A DNA stretch of 64,000 nt, taken from the human T2T-CHM13v2.0 reference genome, Homo sapiens. Positions within the stretch are counted from its first letter, which is position 1. Each line of letters begins with the position of its first letter. The notes under the pieces are model-generated. The model was given only the letters and a program-made list of their open reading frames with translations. It was not told the DNA's origin and did no database searches. The stretch covers positions 25,152,001 to 25,216,000 of the forward strand of contig CP068257.2 in the NCBI GenBank assembly GCA_009914755.4. The letters run 5' to 3'. Below, in pieces: positions 13,961 through 27,160 of the stretch. The translations under genes and the position numbers were made by a program.

Positions 13961-16900
13961 TTCCAGGTTTTACGCACACTTGCATTTACATACCAGCTCT
14001 CCACTTCTTATGTTAAATCAATCTACTTATCCTCTTGAGATTATGAGCCTGACATACAGGATGTTCACTTACAGAGAAAATCATAGTTTACTTTTTTAGA
14101 CCTGTTTATGCCACTCTACATGGAGAAGAAAATTGATGGGCTACTTAGATAGAAAACCCTCTACAAGCCAGTCTAGCAAGGTCTCACTAGGGGATATTTC
14201 AATGGGAAAATATATCTTTGTTACTCCTCCTATGCCCAAGCCCGGATTTGAAGTCCCAGAAGGAATCTGGATTGGGATGGGAAAAAATCTGGTAGTGTTG
14301 TGGAACCCAGACTAGGAGTTCATATGGAAGAAGAAAGAAAGCGGACGCCAGAGCACCATCGTACCTCACGCCACCCACAGGACACCAATAAAGCAGCCTG
14401 TGACGATCAATGCTGGAAATGAGTGCCTTGGAGTTAGTGTTAAATGGATGCATGAGAATCTCAATTGAAGTTAAAAATATATACGATGAGCAAACTGAAT
14501 GGAAGTAGAAAAATGGCAGTTATGAACACAACATTCAAAAGTGCCCCATCTCTATGTGTGAATGGGATTTTCAGCTTTCCTGGAACAAGGGAAGCTACTT
14601 GAGAAGAATTTATGTCTAGAATAAGAACAAATGAGATAATACTTTTTCAAATTTACCCTACCAGTAAATACTGCTGAACAATCTGTCTAATTTCTGTATG
14701 CAGTTACCTCCAGAAACATCAGAGAACCTATGGGAACTGGTATACGATGCCAATATTGAGTTTTGTGAGCACATGGGTTTTGAGACAACCTCTTAAAGAG
14801 CCCTTTCAAAATCAACAGAGCCTTGAAATAGTAAAAGACTCTGCTCTAGCCCTTACAATTTGAGTTTAGTATTGGATTGTTGGGATCCATTTAATACTGA
14901 GGTTCCAAGCCTGGGTTAAAAACTTTGCTAGGTCAAGAGCTACACCTTTGCCCCTTTTCCACCTGAGGTAAATTATTTCCTCCAAGAAATTACTTTCCTT
15001 TTTGAGCAAGTAACTTTCTGAAATGCTGAGAGAAACTGGTACTTTAAAATAGATAATTTGCCTCAGATGGGTCACGCACTTTATTTCCAGAAGCCAGTTT
15101 AATTTTTTTTTTCCTTCACTCTGATGATTGGGTCAAATCCTTATTAATAAAATGTGTGCTACTGGAAAGGAAAGACACCTTTGTTACTTAATCCATGTGC
15201 GGTCATTTATATTTGGCATGCATAAATGTCATGAAGAACAGGGAAAAAATATAATTCATGAGCAAAATGCATTTTATGCTACTGTCCCCTTGCCAAATTA
15301 AGTATTATAGTTGGAAATTTAGGGTGGAGGCTCACTTTGGGAAAAAAGAATCAAATTGTCTGGGGATTTTGCTTTCATCACCAAAGGGATTTTATGTGTT
15401 TGGAAGGATCATCAATTCCTGACTTGGTGGTAGACAATACTCTTACTTCACGCAGGTCCTGCAGAATTCTAATATGGCTTGGTTGAAATTTCTTCTTTTG
15501 ACTAGAAACTTTTTTCACATTTTTTTTCAGTATTCCCTTTGATGCAGTCAAAATAGGTGGACAAATACGTTGTCTACACTGAAACAAAGCTTGCTTGAAT
15601 TCACCTATATGATGATGTCTTCATGAGCTTGCTTTGCCTTTCCAAATCTGTCTTTAAAAGATTCACTAATCTCCAGATTTTAAAACATAGAGGAATGTTC
15701 CAACAGTACATTTTTCAAGTGATGTAAAAAGTTCTTGGAATTAATTTGTCATCAGCCTTGCTCTAAGGACGGTGTTGTTTCAGCCATGGCCATTTAGGAA
15801 CTGATCATTGCTACCTACAACCCTGTTGAAAAGGCCCACTTCGTGCAAAAGTCAAAAGTAAAAAAAAAAAAAAATCTTTGTATACATTTTTTTTTCCACT
15901 GGATGTATTACATGGTTAAATTTATTTTTTTAAATTTGGAAAACAAACTTACTTTTAAGCACTTTCATGTCCTAACAAGTTTAAAACACACATAGAAGCG
16001 GAAGCATTCCTTCACCTGATGTTTCAGCGTTCAAGGTACTGAAAGTCGCTTGCTCATACAATGATATAAAGTTGATGAGTAATAAAGACACCTGATTTTA
16101 TTTTTGCTCATGTGTCTCATGATGACAAAATTTGAGACAGGTCAACAAGAAATATTTACTAGATCTAGTAGTTGTTACTACATTTAAATTGATAGTTTCT
16201 AATAATGATGTTTTGCATAGGTCATAAGGAATTTTCTGTGAGAAATATTAGGAATAAAAGGATTTTCTTCACTCTTCACATGTGTTCTACAGATGTTCAC
16301 AGACTAGTCTTCCTTTTATAGGCTCTGAATAAAGATAAAATATGGTGGAAATCAACCAATTCGTCATTGCTGTTTTATGCTGTAGAAATTACCCTTAATT
16401 TTCACTTACCTTTGTGTTCAAGGTCAAAGCCACCCCCATGAAAACTCCCAAACTACACACCAAAAAAACAAATCAAACGAAATAAAGCATTGCAAGAATG
16501 TGAAATTTGTGTTGAAAACATCTGGCTGACTATTCTCCCAGGCTATGCTCGGCACTCATTATTCATATAAATTGTGAGAAAGGTTTGGTGTCTGAACGTA
16601 CCTCTAGCCCCTATGATGTGCGTATGTGATTTTTGCCCAAGTACTCATCACCACAATCCTGTATAAGAAAAATAAATTTGAATTTGCTGTGAGTCAGCTT
16701 CATCTTTTAAATTAAATATGATGATAATACCTGCTTTAATTATCTTAGGGCTTCTTATGAGGATAAGATGAAATTTTTTAAAAAGTAAATGTATGAGGAA
16801 AACTTAAAAATACCAACACTTTAGCAAATTTTTATGCTTGGCATGCAAAATCATATCTGATTTGCTTGGCAACTGAATGTGATCATGTTTTTGCCATCAG

Positions 16901-18639
16901 AACTCTCATTGTCATGGGTAATGTAATCCAAATATTTTAGTTCCCAGTGAAAGAGTCAAGAATAAATAAGACAAACACTGCATGCTAATTCTGGCCATGG
17001 AGACTGAATATAACAGAGATTTGAATGAGAAAATCTGGTTTGGTGTCAAGCATAATAAAATAAAGAAGAGTTTGTTGATGGGCAAAAGGAAGAGATGGGT
17101 TGAGAAAGTGCTGTGCTCCCTGCTGAGAGAGTAGTTTGACTTTGGACAAAATAATAGCTTCAGTTTCTCTTTGGATTCATTATTGCTCCTGGACTCTCTC
17201 TAATTTGAACCTTGTAGGGGTCATCTGTGCCTCTGTCATCTCGAATACTCTCCACTTCAATGAATCATACTTCACACTGCCAGGATGACCACCCAGAAAG
17301 GCCTGTTTATGTAGGACTTGGCTGCTGCAGAGTTCATCTTAAGTCCCGAACAGCTGAGTTGGGAGCTCCACAATGGTCTCCTGTTTGTTTCTGGGCAGGG
17401 TTGGAGATAAGATCATCTATACAGCCTAACAACCATCTGTGAGTTAATCTGTTGGAATTCTCATCTTATCACTGCATATATTGGACTGTGCTGTAGTGGG
17501 CATACATTTTCTAAAATGCTGTCTTGGCCTGAAATAAAGAATATGTCAGGAAAGTCAATGTCAGCCTATATACAAACAAGGAAGTTGAGATTAAGAGGAT
17601 ACAGAGATAAGCTATCAGCCGATTTACACCTTGTCGCCTTTCTTCTATTCCTTCAATATGATTTTATAATCTTACCATTTTAACCACTAAAATAGTAGAA
17701 AACCAAGATGGGCACTTTTGGCTAAATCAATAGTAACTGTGCTTTGAGACTTGAGCAAGATTGTGGAAGATTTTGCAACGGATAAAGGAGATTATTAAAT
17801 ATCCTTTCAATGAAATGCAAGAGCCTTTGGAGATTATGTGGTGCTATGGGGATGTGTGCCTTCATTTTTGACTAGGCTTTTTTACAACTCTGTAGAGGTA
17901 GAAGTGAACTCATAGAAATTTGATAGGAATGGAAATAGTTTTTGTTGCTAAAAATGCAAAGTATGTCCCTTGGATTATAATCGATGATTTACCTCCACTA
18001 AATCTCCCAAGCTTCACAACCAAAAAACCAAACCAAAACAAAAGATATCATCATAAGAACCTGAAATTTGTGTTGAAAGCAACTGACTGATATTGCATTA
18101 GATAGCCAACATGTCTTGTTATAACTGGTGGCTCTGAAAATTTGCATTTTGAATATATCTAATAAATTAAAACTCTAGCAAGGAAGTTTTAGAAAATGAC
18201 TACAATATAGTAAATGTATTCATACGCTCTGAGAAAAGTAGACAAATGAGAAACCCATATAGCTCATGCCTTTTCTGGGTTCAGATAGAGATCAGTAAAT
18301 GTTTTTCAATTATAATCATATGGTCATTTCAAAAGCAAATCTAGAAGGATTGTTTGCAATCACCACTGTTATTCATAAGTAAAAGTTTAGATGGAAAATT
18401 TTGTGTATTTTGTGTGGGGGTGTATCCTCTGAAGAGTTTATGCTACTCACTACAATGTATACTTTGGCTCATCTGATTGTTCCTGGCACAGGAATATAGA
18501 TGCTATCATTGTCTTGAGACCCTTAAGTTTACATTCAGCCAGATTTCTTTATCTCCTTCCAATATCAGCCTCAATCTAATGATCTTTCTCTTTATAAATT
18601 TTCCTCGGTGCCCTCTTTTCAGGCTGACTTGCCTGTCCA

Positions 18640-19210
18640 GAAAAGAGGGATTTTCTTTAATGTGGTAAAATATACATAATATAAAATTTACCATTTTAAT
18701 TATTTTTAAGTGACATTAACTACATTCACCTTGAAGTGGAACCATCACCATCATTCATCTCCAAGTCTTTGTCATCACACCGAATAGAGACTCTGTATCC
18801 ATTAAATAATAACTCCATATTCCCTCCTTCTCCCTGACTTTGGTAACCCGAATTCCACTTTTTATCTCTATGAATTTGACTCTTCTTGATACCTCAAATG
18901 TAAAATCAGACAATATTTGACCTTTGTCTGTCTGCCTCATTTCACTTAGCCTAATGTCTTGAGGATGTTGTAGCATATGTCAGAATTTTATTTCTTTTTG
19001 TGGCTGAATAATATCCTATATGCGACTTTTTGTTTATTCATCCATTGATGAATATTTGGGTTATTTCCACCTTTTGGCTGTTATGAATAATGCTGCTGTG
19101 AACATGGGTGTACAAATATCTGTTCGAGTCTTTGCTTTCAATTCTTTCTGGAATATATCCAGAAGTGAATTTCTGGATCATATGATATGTTGATGTTGAA
19201 ATTTGAAAAT
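18640..19210 (-). mobile_element. LINE-1 (L1M/L1P-like) ORF2 3' region fragment, antisense
   Basis: ctcatttcacttagcctaatgtcttgaggatgttgtagcatatgtcagaattttatttctttttgtggctgaataatatcc ... ccaccttttggctgttatgaataatgctgctgtgaacatgggtgtacaaatatct is the antisense of the conserved L1 ORF2 3' end. The minus ORF 19038..19301 gives L1 ORF2p-like residues. Confidence 0.8.
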
Positions 19211-20907
19211 AAATTTTTAAGGAATTCTTTAAGGAAACACCTTGATTGAAAACAATTTGGAGGAGGAGCAGCCTACTGGGGAATGTATTATTTAGTGACA
19301 TTAAAAATTATGTAAATGTACTGTTTTCCTAATGGTTGCACTTCATCCATATTATGTCAGTGCTTAATATGCGTTGTTTGACTCTAGGCCAATCCACCAC
19401 TACCTTCATTAAAGCATTAGAGTCAAAAACCTTTGTCTCACTGGTTTTCACCTCTAATTAACTTCATTTCTGAAAGTGCTTTGAAATAAATTTTCCATTC
19501 TGAGGGAAAGAAGCCAAAACAAAAAAATCCAACAAAACCCACGAAGTTTCCCACATGTGAGGATTTGTTTGCTGCTTTTATCTATCGCAACATTCTCTCT
19601 AACAATCTCATTCACAATTGTGGACTACTCAGGGTTCTCCACAGAAACAGAATCAATAGGGTGTGTATGTGTGTGTGGAGGCAGAGAGAGAGAGAAAGCC
19701 TGAGATAAATTTATCTTAAGGATTAGTTCACATATTTGTGGGGCCTGGCAAGTCCCATATTTGCACGATAGGACATCAGGTTGGAGACTCAAGGGAAAGC
19801 CGATGTTGCAGTTGAGTCCAGAGGCAGTCTACAGGCAGAAATCCCTCTTCCTCAGGGAGGTTAAGTCTTTTTCTTAAGACCCTCAACTAATCGGATGAGG
19901 CCCACCCATGTAATGGAGGATAATCTGCTTTACTTAAAGTCTGATTTAAATGTTAATCGCATCTAAAATTACCTTCACAGCAACATCCACAAGTGTTTGA
20001 CCAAGTATATTGGTACTATGGTGTAGCCAAGTTTCACATAAAATTAACCATCACGATAATGCACTTCTTTAAAAAAAAAAAAAGTGGAGGAGTGTTATAC
20101 AAAGCTTAAATTTTGTAACCTCATTTGATTTGGGTTATTATTGGCTAAATTCTCATTTATCTTAGTCATTAAGCAGATTTCAGTTTACTCATAAATTATT
20201 TTTGTGTGTTTCCAAATATTTTTTAGCACAAGTTTTGCCTTGACAGTTGGATTACATTTTCCTTAAAGCTTGGGTCAAGATTTATTTGGTAATATCCTAC
20301 CTATTATCAATGCCATCTATTATAGCACTCGAGGCAAGTCAGTGTTCACCAATCACCAAGTAAATACTTTGGCAGTATCTGAAACTTCAATTTAGAGTTA
20401 ATTTCCTTCCTGCCATCACCAGCACTGTCCGTTGTAGCCATCAGTTTTTTATGGAATCTTTATTACTTACAGTTATGTCCATTTTGTCTGAAGTCCAAAA
20501 TGATTTAATGGGCCATTGCTTTACCATTTTTTTTTTCATAATTTCCCTGAACTAAAGCTCTGTCCTAAGCTTCTTTCTACCTCTAAGATTTTGCTCCAAT
20601 TTCTGCCATACTTGGAGGAATGCCATTCTCAGCCTATCCCAATCCCACCCATTGTTTAGATCATAGTTTAAATTCCTTTTCCTGCACAGATTTCTCAAGC
20701 ATCCTGGTCTACAGTACTCTATGTTTACTCTATTGCCTGTTTTATCTGTAACTCTTCATGTTGTTAGGAAAGCATATAATACCACCTCTTGTTGTTCAGT
20801 AATTTAATATGGGAATTTGACTTCCCAAAGGTAAATGTAAATGTACAGACATACACTCTTTGATTTGTCTCACCCTTCCCTCAAAAGTAAATCAAAAACT
20901 CTATCTA

Positions 20908-21212
<305 letters not shown>

Positions 21213-22305
21213 CTCTATATAGAGAGATAATGAGTAAACATTTTTTAAAAAATGAATTAATACAAACATACTGGGATCTTGTTCAGTGTAAGGTTAGTCC
21301 CATGTGTTTCTGAACTTTACCTTGGGTTTGTAGTCAATGTATATGTGTTAGGTAAGTGTTTTTGACTTTATGTTTATGTGTGACTTGGAAACAATATTAC
21401 CTCATTTGAATTACTGGCATATTAATGATGTCAAAACCTTATCTTTTGAGCATTTTTTCTACTTAAATTCAGAGCTGTTTCATTTGAACACTGTGTTTAC
21501 CAAGCTGAAAAGTCTCATGTTCTCTTGGATAATCTCCAGTCAGAGTTATCTATAAATGATACTTCAGGGACTTTCTTTACAAACTGAATTTGGTTTTCTT
21601 TGTACAGTGCAAATAAGTAAAACCAAAAATTAAAGTACATGAAAAAACATTTGAGCTAGTTATTTCTTCAGCTAGCTCACATGCAGCTGTTAAAATCTGT
21701 ATAGACCATTTTCTGTTCACAGTCCCATTATTAATATTTTGTAGAGCCTTCCTTTAGCCATTTCTCATTTTCAAGCTGGTCTCCTATTACTGGGAGTACA
21801 TTGCAGCATTTGCCATTTTATTTGGGATTGGGACAGTAATACAGTACTTCAACATTGCTTTCATTTCCCAGTATGTCAAACAACATACAAATGTCAAGTA
21901 TTTTTAGTCTCTGCATCATCATCGTTAACAGGATACCAGACTCCCAATGTGCATTCCATCTCCAGCGTACAAAATCACAGCAAGTCATTTCACCAGGGAA
22001 TAAAAGAGCTTTCTACCCAAACGCTGTTACAATTTTCACACTTCGAACGGTATGAGTCTTAAAGCATTTGTAGTCATAGCAACTGTTTTTTAAATTTTGT
22101 ATATAATCATTTTAATTATTAAGTATTTGATATAAAATATAAGGAAAAGTTAATACATGTATGAAAGGTAAATAGGCAGGCTTTTAAAATTACCAAAACC
22201 CCTACATTTTCTAGGAAGGAATTTATTATTGTTTGATGAAGTTAAAACATGCAAGCAGTTAGTGGGACAGTTCCCACTTAGCTCCACTAGAGGTCTCAAT
22301 TGATA

Positions 22306-22306
22306 T

Positions 22307-22357
<51 letters not shown>

Positions 22358-22501
22358 TTGTGTGTGTGTGTATATGTGTGTGTCTGTGTATATGTTTCTG
22401 TGTATATATACATGCATATGTATATATGTACACCCATAAATGTGTACGTACATATATACATATGTATATATGTGTGTATATACATACATACACACACAAG
22501 C

Positions 22502-22546
<45 letters not shown>

Positions 22547-22552
22547 AATGTA
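22306..22552. repeat. Composite microsatellite (TG)n - (TATG/TATA)n - (CA)n
   Basis: (GT) about 24 at 22311-22360, mixed TG/TA/TATG core, (AT)8 and (CA) about 14 at 22507-22546. The left and right arms are reverse complements of each other. Confidence 0.95.
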
Positions 22553-23159
22553 TTTTTTCAGACAAAGCTAAAATGCTGCACTGCTATTGTGGATGATCTT
22601 ATAGCAGTATTGCCAAAAGGAACAACCACCATAGGAATAACAATACCTTTTAAAATTCATTATAAATAAAAACAAACTCTAGTACCTTTCTTTTTCCAAG
22701 GTTTAAAACTTTATTGTACATTTCCCTTTAAAACAAGGACCATCATTTAAAAACATCTTTTAAAAACTCCCAATACTTTTTATACACACAAGCAAATATA
22801 AATAACAATGTTTCTTTATATTAAAAAAAATGGGAAATTTATTTGGGGTCATTTCTTGTGAACTTTTTTTAAACCACCTATAAGCTTGCTCTTTATTATG
22901 ACCATAATTTTATATATGTGTAATAAAATAACATAATAAAAATTATATGGTCATAATTGTTATTTTTAGAAGCTCTGACTTTCCATCATTAAACTTATTA
23001 ATCAAAAGTGTATGCTACTTATTTTCTAATTTATTCTGAAATGTGAACCAAGGAAATGGAGAACATGAAATTTTTGCTTCAAGAACTTAGACAGTATAAG
23101 TAGTGTTTAGAACCTTGGTCATCTAGGAGAGCCATCACCCCATCAAAAAACTCTCATTA

Positions 23160-23870
23160 ATTATAATAAAAATAAAATTCATCCAAAAACATTTTCATGA
23201 AGTTAGGAATTAGTTACATTTAATAGAAATATATATATGAATATATATATTTTTATATAGTTTCTATTTTTAACATAAAATAGAAAATATATAATAAAAT
23301 TATATTTTAATAATTTTATTATTTAATGTTATAATAAAAATATAATTATATACTAAATAATTATAAAATTTAATACGTTATATAATTAATATAATTATGT
23401 TATAATAATATAGTAATACAAAATTATGTAATTTTGTTTTATAATATATAATTATGTAATATATTCTATATTATATAATTATGTTAAAATTAAATTATAT
23501 AAAAATTTATTCTATTGTGTATTACTATATATACTCGCTATAATATATAAATATTTTTAATATATAGTAATATATATAAATATATTTTTATATAGTATAT
23601 TATAAATAACATATATGTATATATAAATATATTGTTATATATTATAAATGATATATCATATACTTATATATAAGTGTATATAAGTATATATAATTATATA
23701 TAAAATACTGTATATTATTGTATATATTATGTAATACATATTATATGTATTGTATATAAAATAGAGAAAATATATACATTGTAAATAGTTATATATTTAT
23801 ATAAAATAGATATTTATGTCTATTATATATACTATTTTACATGTAAAATATATATTTATCTATTTTTTCC
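23160..23870. repeat. About 700-bp AT-rich low-complexity block (TA/TAAT/TATAA-type degenerate minisatellite)
   Basis: Almost pure A/T with recurring units tataat, atatata, ttataa. No ORFs. Flanked by unique sequence. Confidence 0.9.
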
Positions 23871-25849
23871 TCTTAATTCAGTACTTTAGGAAAACAGGTT
23901 TTTTTACTTTATGATGGAATGCACCACTCACATTACTTGTTGCTTGTTACTTTTGGAATACTGTCCAGGCCATAATTCACCCTAGCTTGCCTAAGCTTTT
24001 GTTGGGGCTGATAAACTTGTCAGCTTCTAGAAGCTTCTGAAGGCCAGTTGAACTCAGATCCATTCTTTTTACCAAAATACCTTCTAAGGTAACTGAGTTG
24101 TGTGTCCCTAAATCAGGGCAGGGTTGAGAGCATTGAATCAGCTAGAAAATGACTATAGTCAGCCATGTGCTCCAGATATTAATATCTCAGTAATATGTTT
24201 ATTTACCCCATGTGCCGGAAGTTTTATATATAATATCTCACTCAGTTTAGAGTAATCTTTTAAGGTAGCTCCTCATTTTTATAAAAGATGAATCAGAAAT
24301 GCAAAAAGGTAATTTACCAGTTCCCAGAGAAATTTGTAAGTACAGACATGTCAACCTCAGTAGCAGCAAGGGCATAAATTCCCCTCTACAGCTACTTGAG
24401 CCATGGTAACTAGTAAATGTTTAAGCCATGGTTGTTCTTTGCAGAAAGCCCAGATGTTTGTCAATGAGTAAAACTTTTATTGAGTTTCTACTATGTCTAG
24501 ACTACAATTCTAGGAACTCGACAGGAGGGAGAGCTATAAAAGAAAAAGATGTGGCGTTATTATTAAGAAACATAAAACCCACTTACAGAGACACAGCACA
24601 AGAGTATAAAATCCGGGTGAACACTTTTACAGGGAATGTGTGTCTCCTGGAGGCCTTAGCACATGAAAATGATAGAGTTCAAAGTGAAAGCCTTCAAGTG
24701 ATTCTGTGCTAAATAAAGGCAATTTAAACCAAATATATTTCTTTTTTTAGTAAACAATTAAAATGACAGTATAATGGGTTTAAATTGAAAAAAAAATAAT
24801 GTTTTAAAGGAAATTGCCTTGGCTATCACGGTGTGATATCTGCCTTCGTGCACATCTCTGTGACTTAAAGTCCAATACCAGGATATAATGAATTACACAT
24901 GGCTTTTGGCTTTCCAAGGTATTATCCAGTGAGAAGAGATATGAGAAAAGGAAAAGGATCTTCGACCGTAAAATTAAAATAACTCAATTATCTTACCTTG
25001 TTGAAGAAATAACAGACCTAGAAATATTAAATGACTTGCTCAAGGTCATATACTTAGTTTATAAAAGATCCCGGACTTCAAACTTAAAAGACTGTAAGCA
25101 GAAAGGATTGAAGAAATGTTTGCCCATTCATTTTTAATGTGCTAAAGTGTAGCCATGAAAGCATAGCAAGGGCTTCATGCTGGGAAACTGAAATGGCAGA
25201 CAAAGCAAACTAAACAAAGACCCATTGTCTCATTATGAACTAAGATTTTGAGGAGATTGTGGGTTTACTATGAAGAGCTTAAGGAGCACTAGTTGGGGAG
25301 GGGAGAAGTATGACTTTATGCATAGATTTAAGGGACTCTGGGCTCTTTGTGGTTTTAATCAGACATACGATAGTTATCATAAACTATAATTATTATAAGT
25401 TACACCCGTGTCCTCCTAGCACAGATATAGTGATATGCATGTATATTATGCATTTTCTCTGCACTCTCTCTGCCTGTATAGTTATATTCATTTGGTAGAA
25501 CCAAAAATGCATCTTATGGCAAATTTTGATTTCAAGTTGAAATACACCAGTCCGTATGGAGAGTGTTGTCCAGAAATGCAGATGGTTCTTTGAAGAAAAG
25601 TACAATCAAACATGGCAGAGACAGTCTTACATAACAAATAACAGGGCTGATGTCAAAGTTATTTGCCAACAGAATACAGTATGTACACCATTAAGTACTT
25701 TGCTGTCTTCATATGAATTTGTCCTTAGAAAAACTGCCCCAATCTAAACTGTTACATTAATATCTACTACCATATTAGGATTAGGAGTGCTTACTATGTG
25801 TCAGGTACTAGTTTAAACACTTTGCAGGTATTATGAGTGGGATAATTAT

Positions 25850-25990
25850 ACCAACTGAATGAAGTACATTACTATTTTCATCATTCCCATTTTATAGATG
25901 GAAAATCAAGGTAAGGCAAATTAAGAGTAAGGCAAGTAAATGGAGGAGCTAGGATTCGAATCCAAGCAGCCTGATTCAAATTTTGCATGT
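25850..25990 (+). mobile_element. MIR SINE fragment
   Basis: cattcccattttatagatggaaaatcaaggtaaggcaaattaagagtaaggcaagtaaatggaggagctaggattcgaatccaagcagcctg matches the MIR core and 3' region. Confidence 0.6.
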
Positions 25991-27049
25991 TCAGTTGCTA
26001 TGTCAACAACATCTCAATATGACTGAATCTTTTTCAAGAGAGAAACCAAAACCCAAATGCAAAAGCACTCTGTCCCTTTTAAGGTTGTCATTTGGGAAGT
26101 ACATACAACTTTCCTAAGAATGCTGTCATACCTTAAATATTTCTGAAATGGATACCTTGGAATTAACGTCAGAGCCTGCAGCTCATTCTTTGACTATCTC
26201 CTGTGGTGGCAAATCTCTTTTTGAAGGAGGATTTTGTTTTGGATGCAACCAAAGTCCCTTGCAGCCAAATACCATGACTAAGGTGGGTCTCTAATCTGGG
26301 TGATGCCATTTTTGGTCAAAAAAGTGAAACATGCCTGGGCGGCAATGGGGCAGATTGTTTCTCTAAATTGGCTCTGAGGACAGTTCCAAGGAGGAGCTTC
26401 AGAGCCTCTGGAGCAATTGCCTGCTCTGGGTTCATGACTTGTAGTCCAAAGTGATTTGACTTGGGGTGAGGGTGTGGTCAATTTAGATATTCAAATCTGG
26501 ACAAGTTTATCATCACTTGCCTCTGTAACTTGGATTTAATTTTTAAAAATTCATAAATCCAAATAGTCAATAATTTCTGTAGACAATCTTTTGGAAAATT
26601 AAGTTGACCTATCTCATTGAGTGAACAGGGATGAAGCTAGCAAAACAGAAGGCATCCATCTGTGTCTTTATTTTTTGCTCCATGCCGGAAGGGTTTCCTG
26701 TCCACCCAGCATACCTGGTGGTATTACCTACACACGCCACTCATCTGTATGAGTGGCTGAGCAAGAATGGATCACATGGATCAGACATTTTTGTCTCTAT
26801 TATTTCTTCTCCAATATCTGGAACACATCTCCCGCCTGTTTTCATTCCTTTCAACTCAAAGTATCATGTTATGTCTCTACTCCTTCCTTGACCCCTTGAC
26901 CTGAAGTGATCCCTTGCTTCTGTATTCCTGAGCTCATGTTATTGATGCAATTCACTGGACTCACTTTCTTGTATTGTTATTTTTTCTTTTGTATACATTT
27001 TATTTCTCCAGCTATACTATAAGACTAAAGGCAAGAATGATTTTTTTTT

Positions 27050-27160
27050 CTACCCATTTTATCTTCCTTTCTTTCCATCCTCTTTCCTTTCTCTCTTCCT
27101 TCCTTTCTGCATCCTTCCTTTCTCTCCTTTATTTTCTCTCCTTTTTTTTTCTTGTGGGCT
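27050..27160 (+). repeat. Polypyrimidine (CTTT/TTCC/CTCTT)n tract, about 110 nt
   Basis: ttttatcttcctttctttccatcctctttcctttctctcttccttcctttctgcatccttcctttctctcctttattttctctcctttttttttcttg is greater than 95% pyrimidine on the plus strand. Confidence 0.9.

Noticed and set aside
22150-22669. Five overlapping ORFs encoding Cys/Val/Tyr/His/Thr repeats
   Set aside because: Pure translation of (TG)n/(CA)n/(TATG)n microsatellite.
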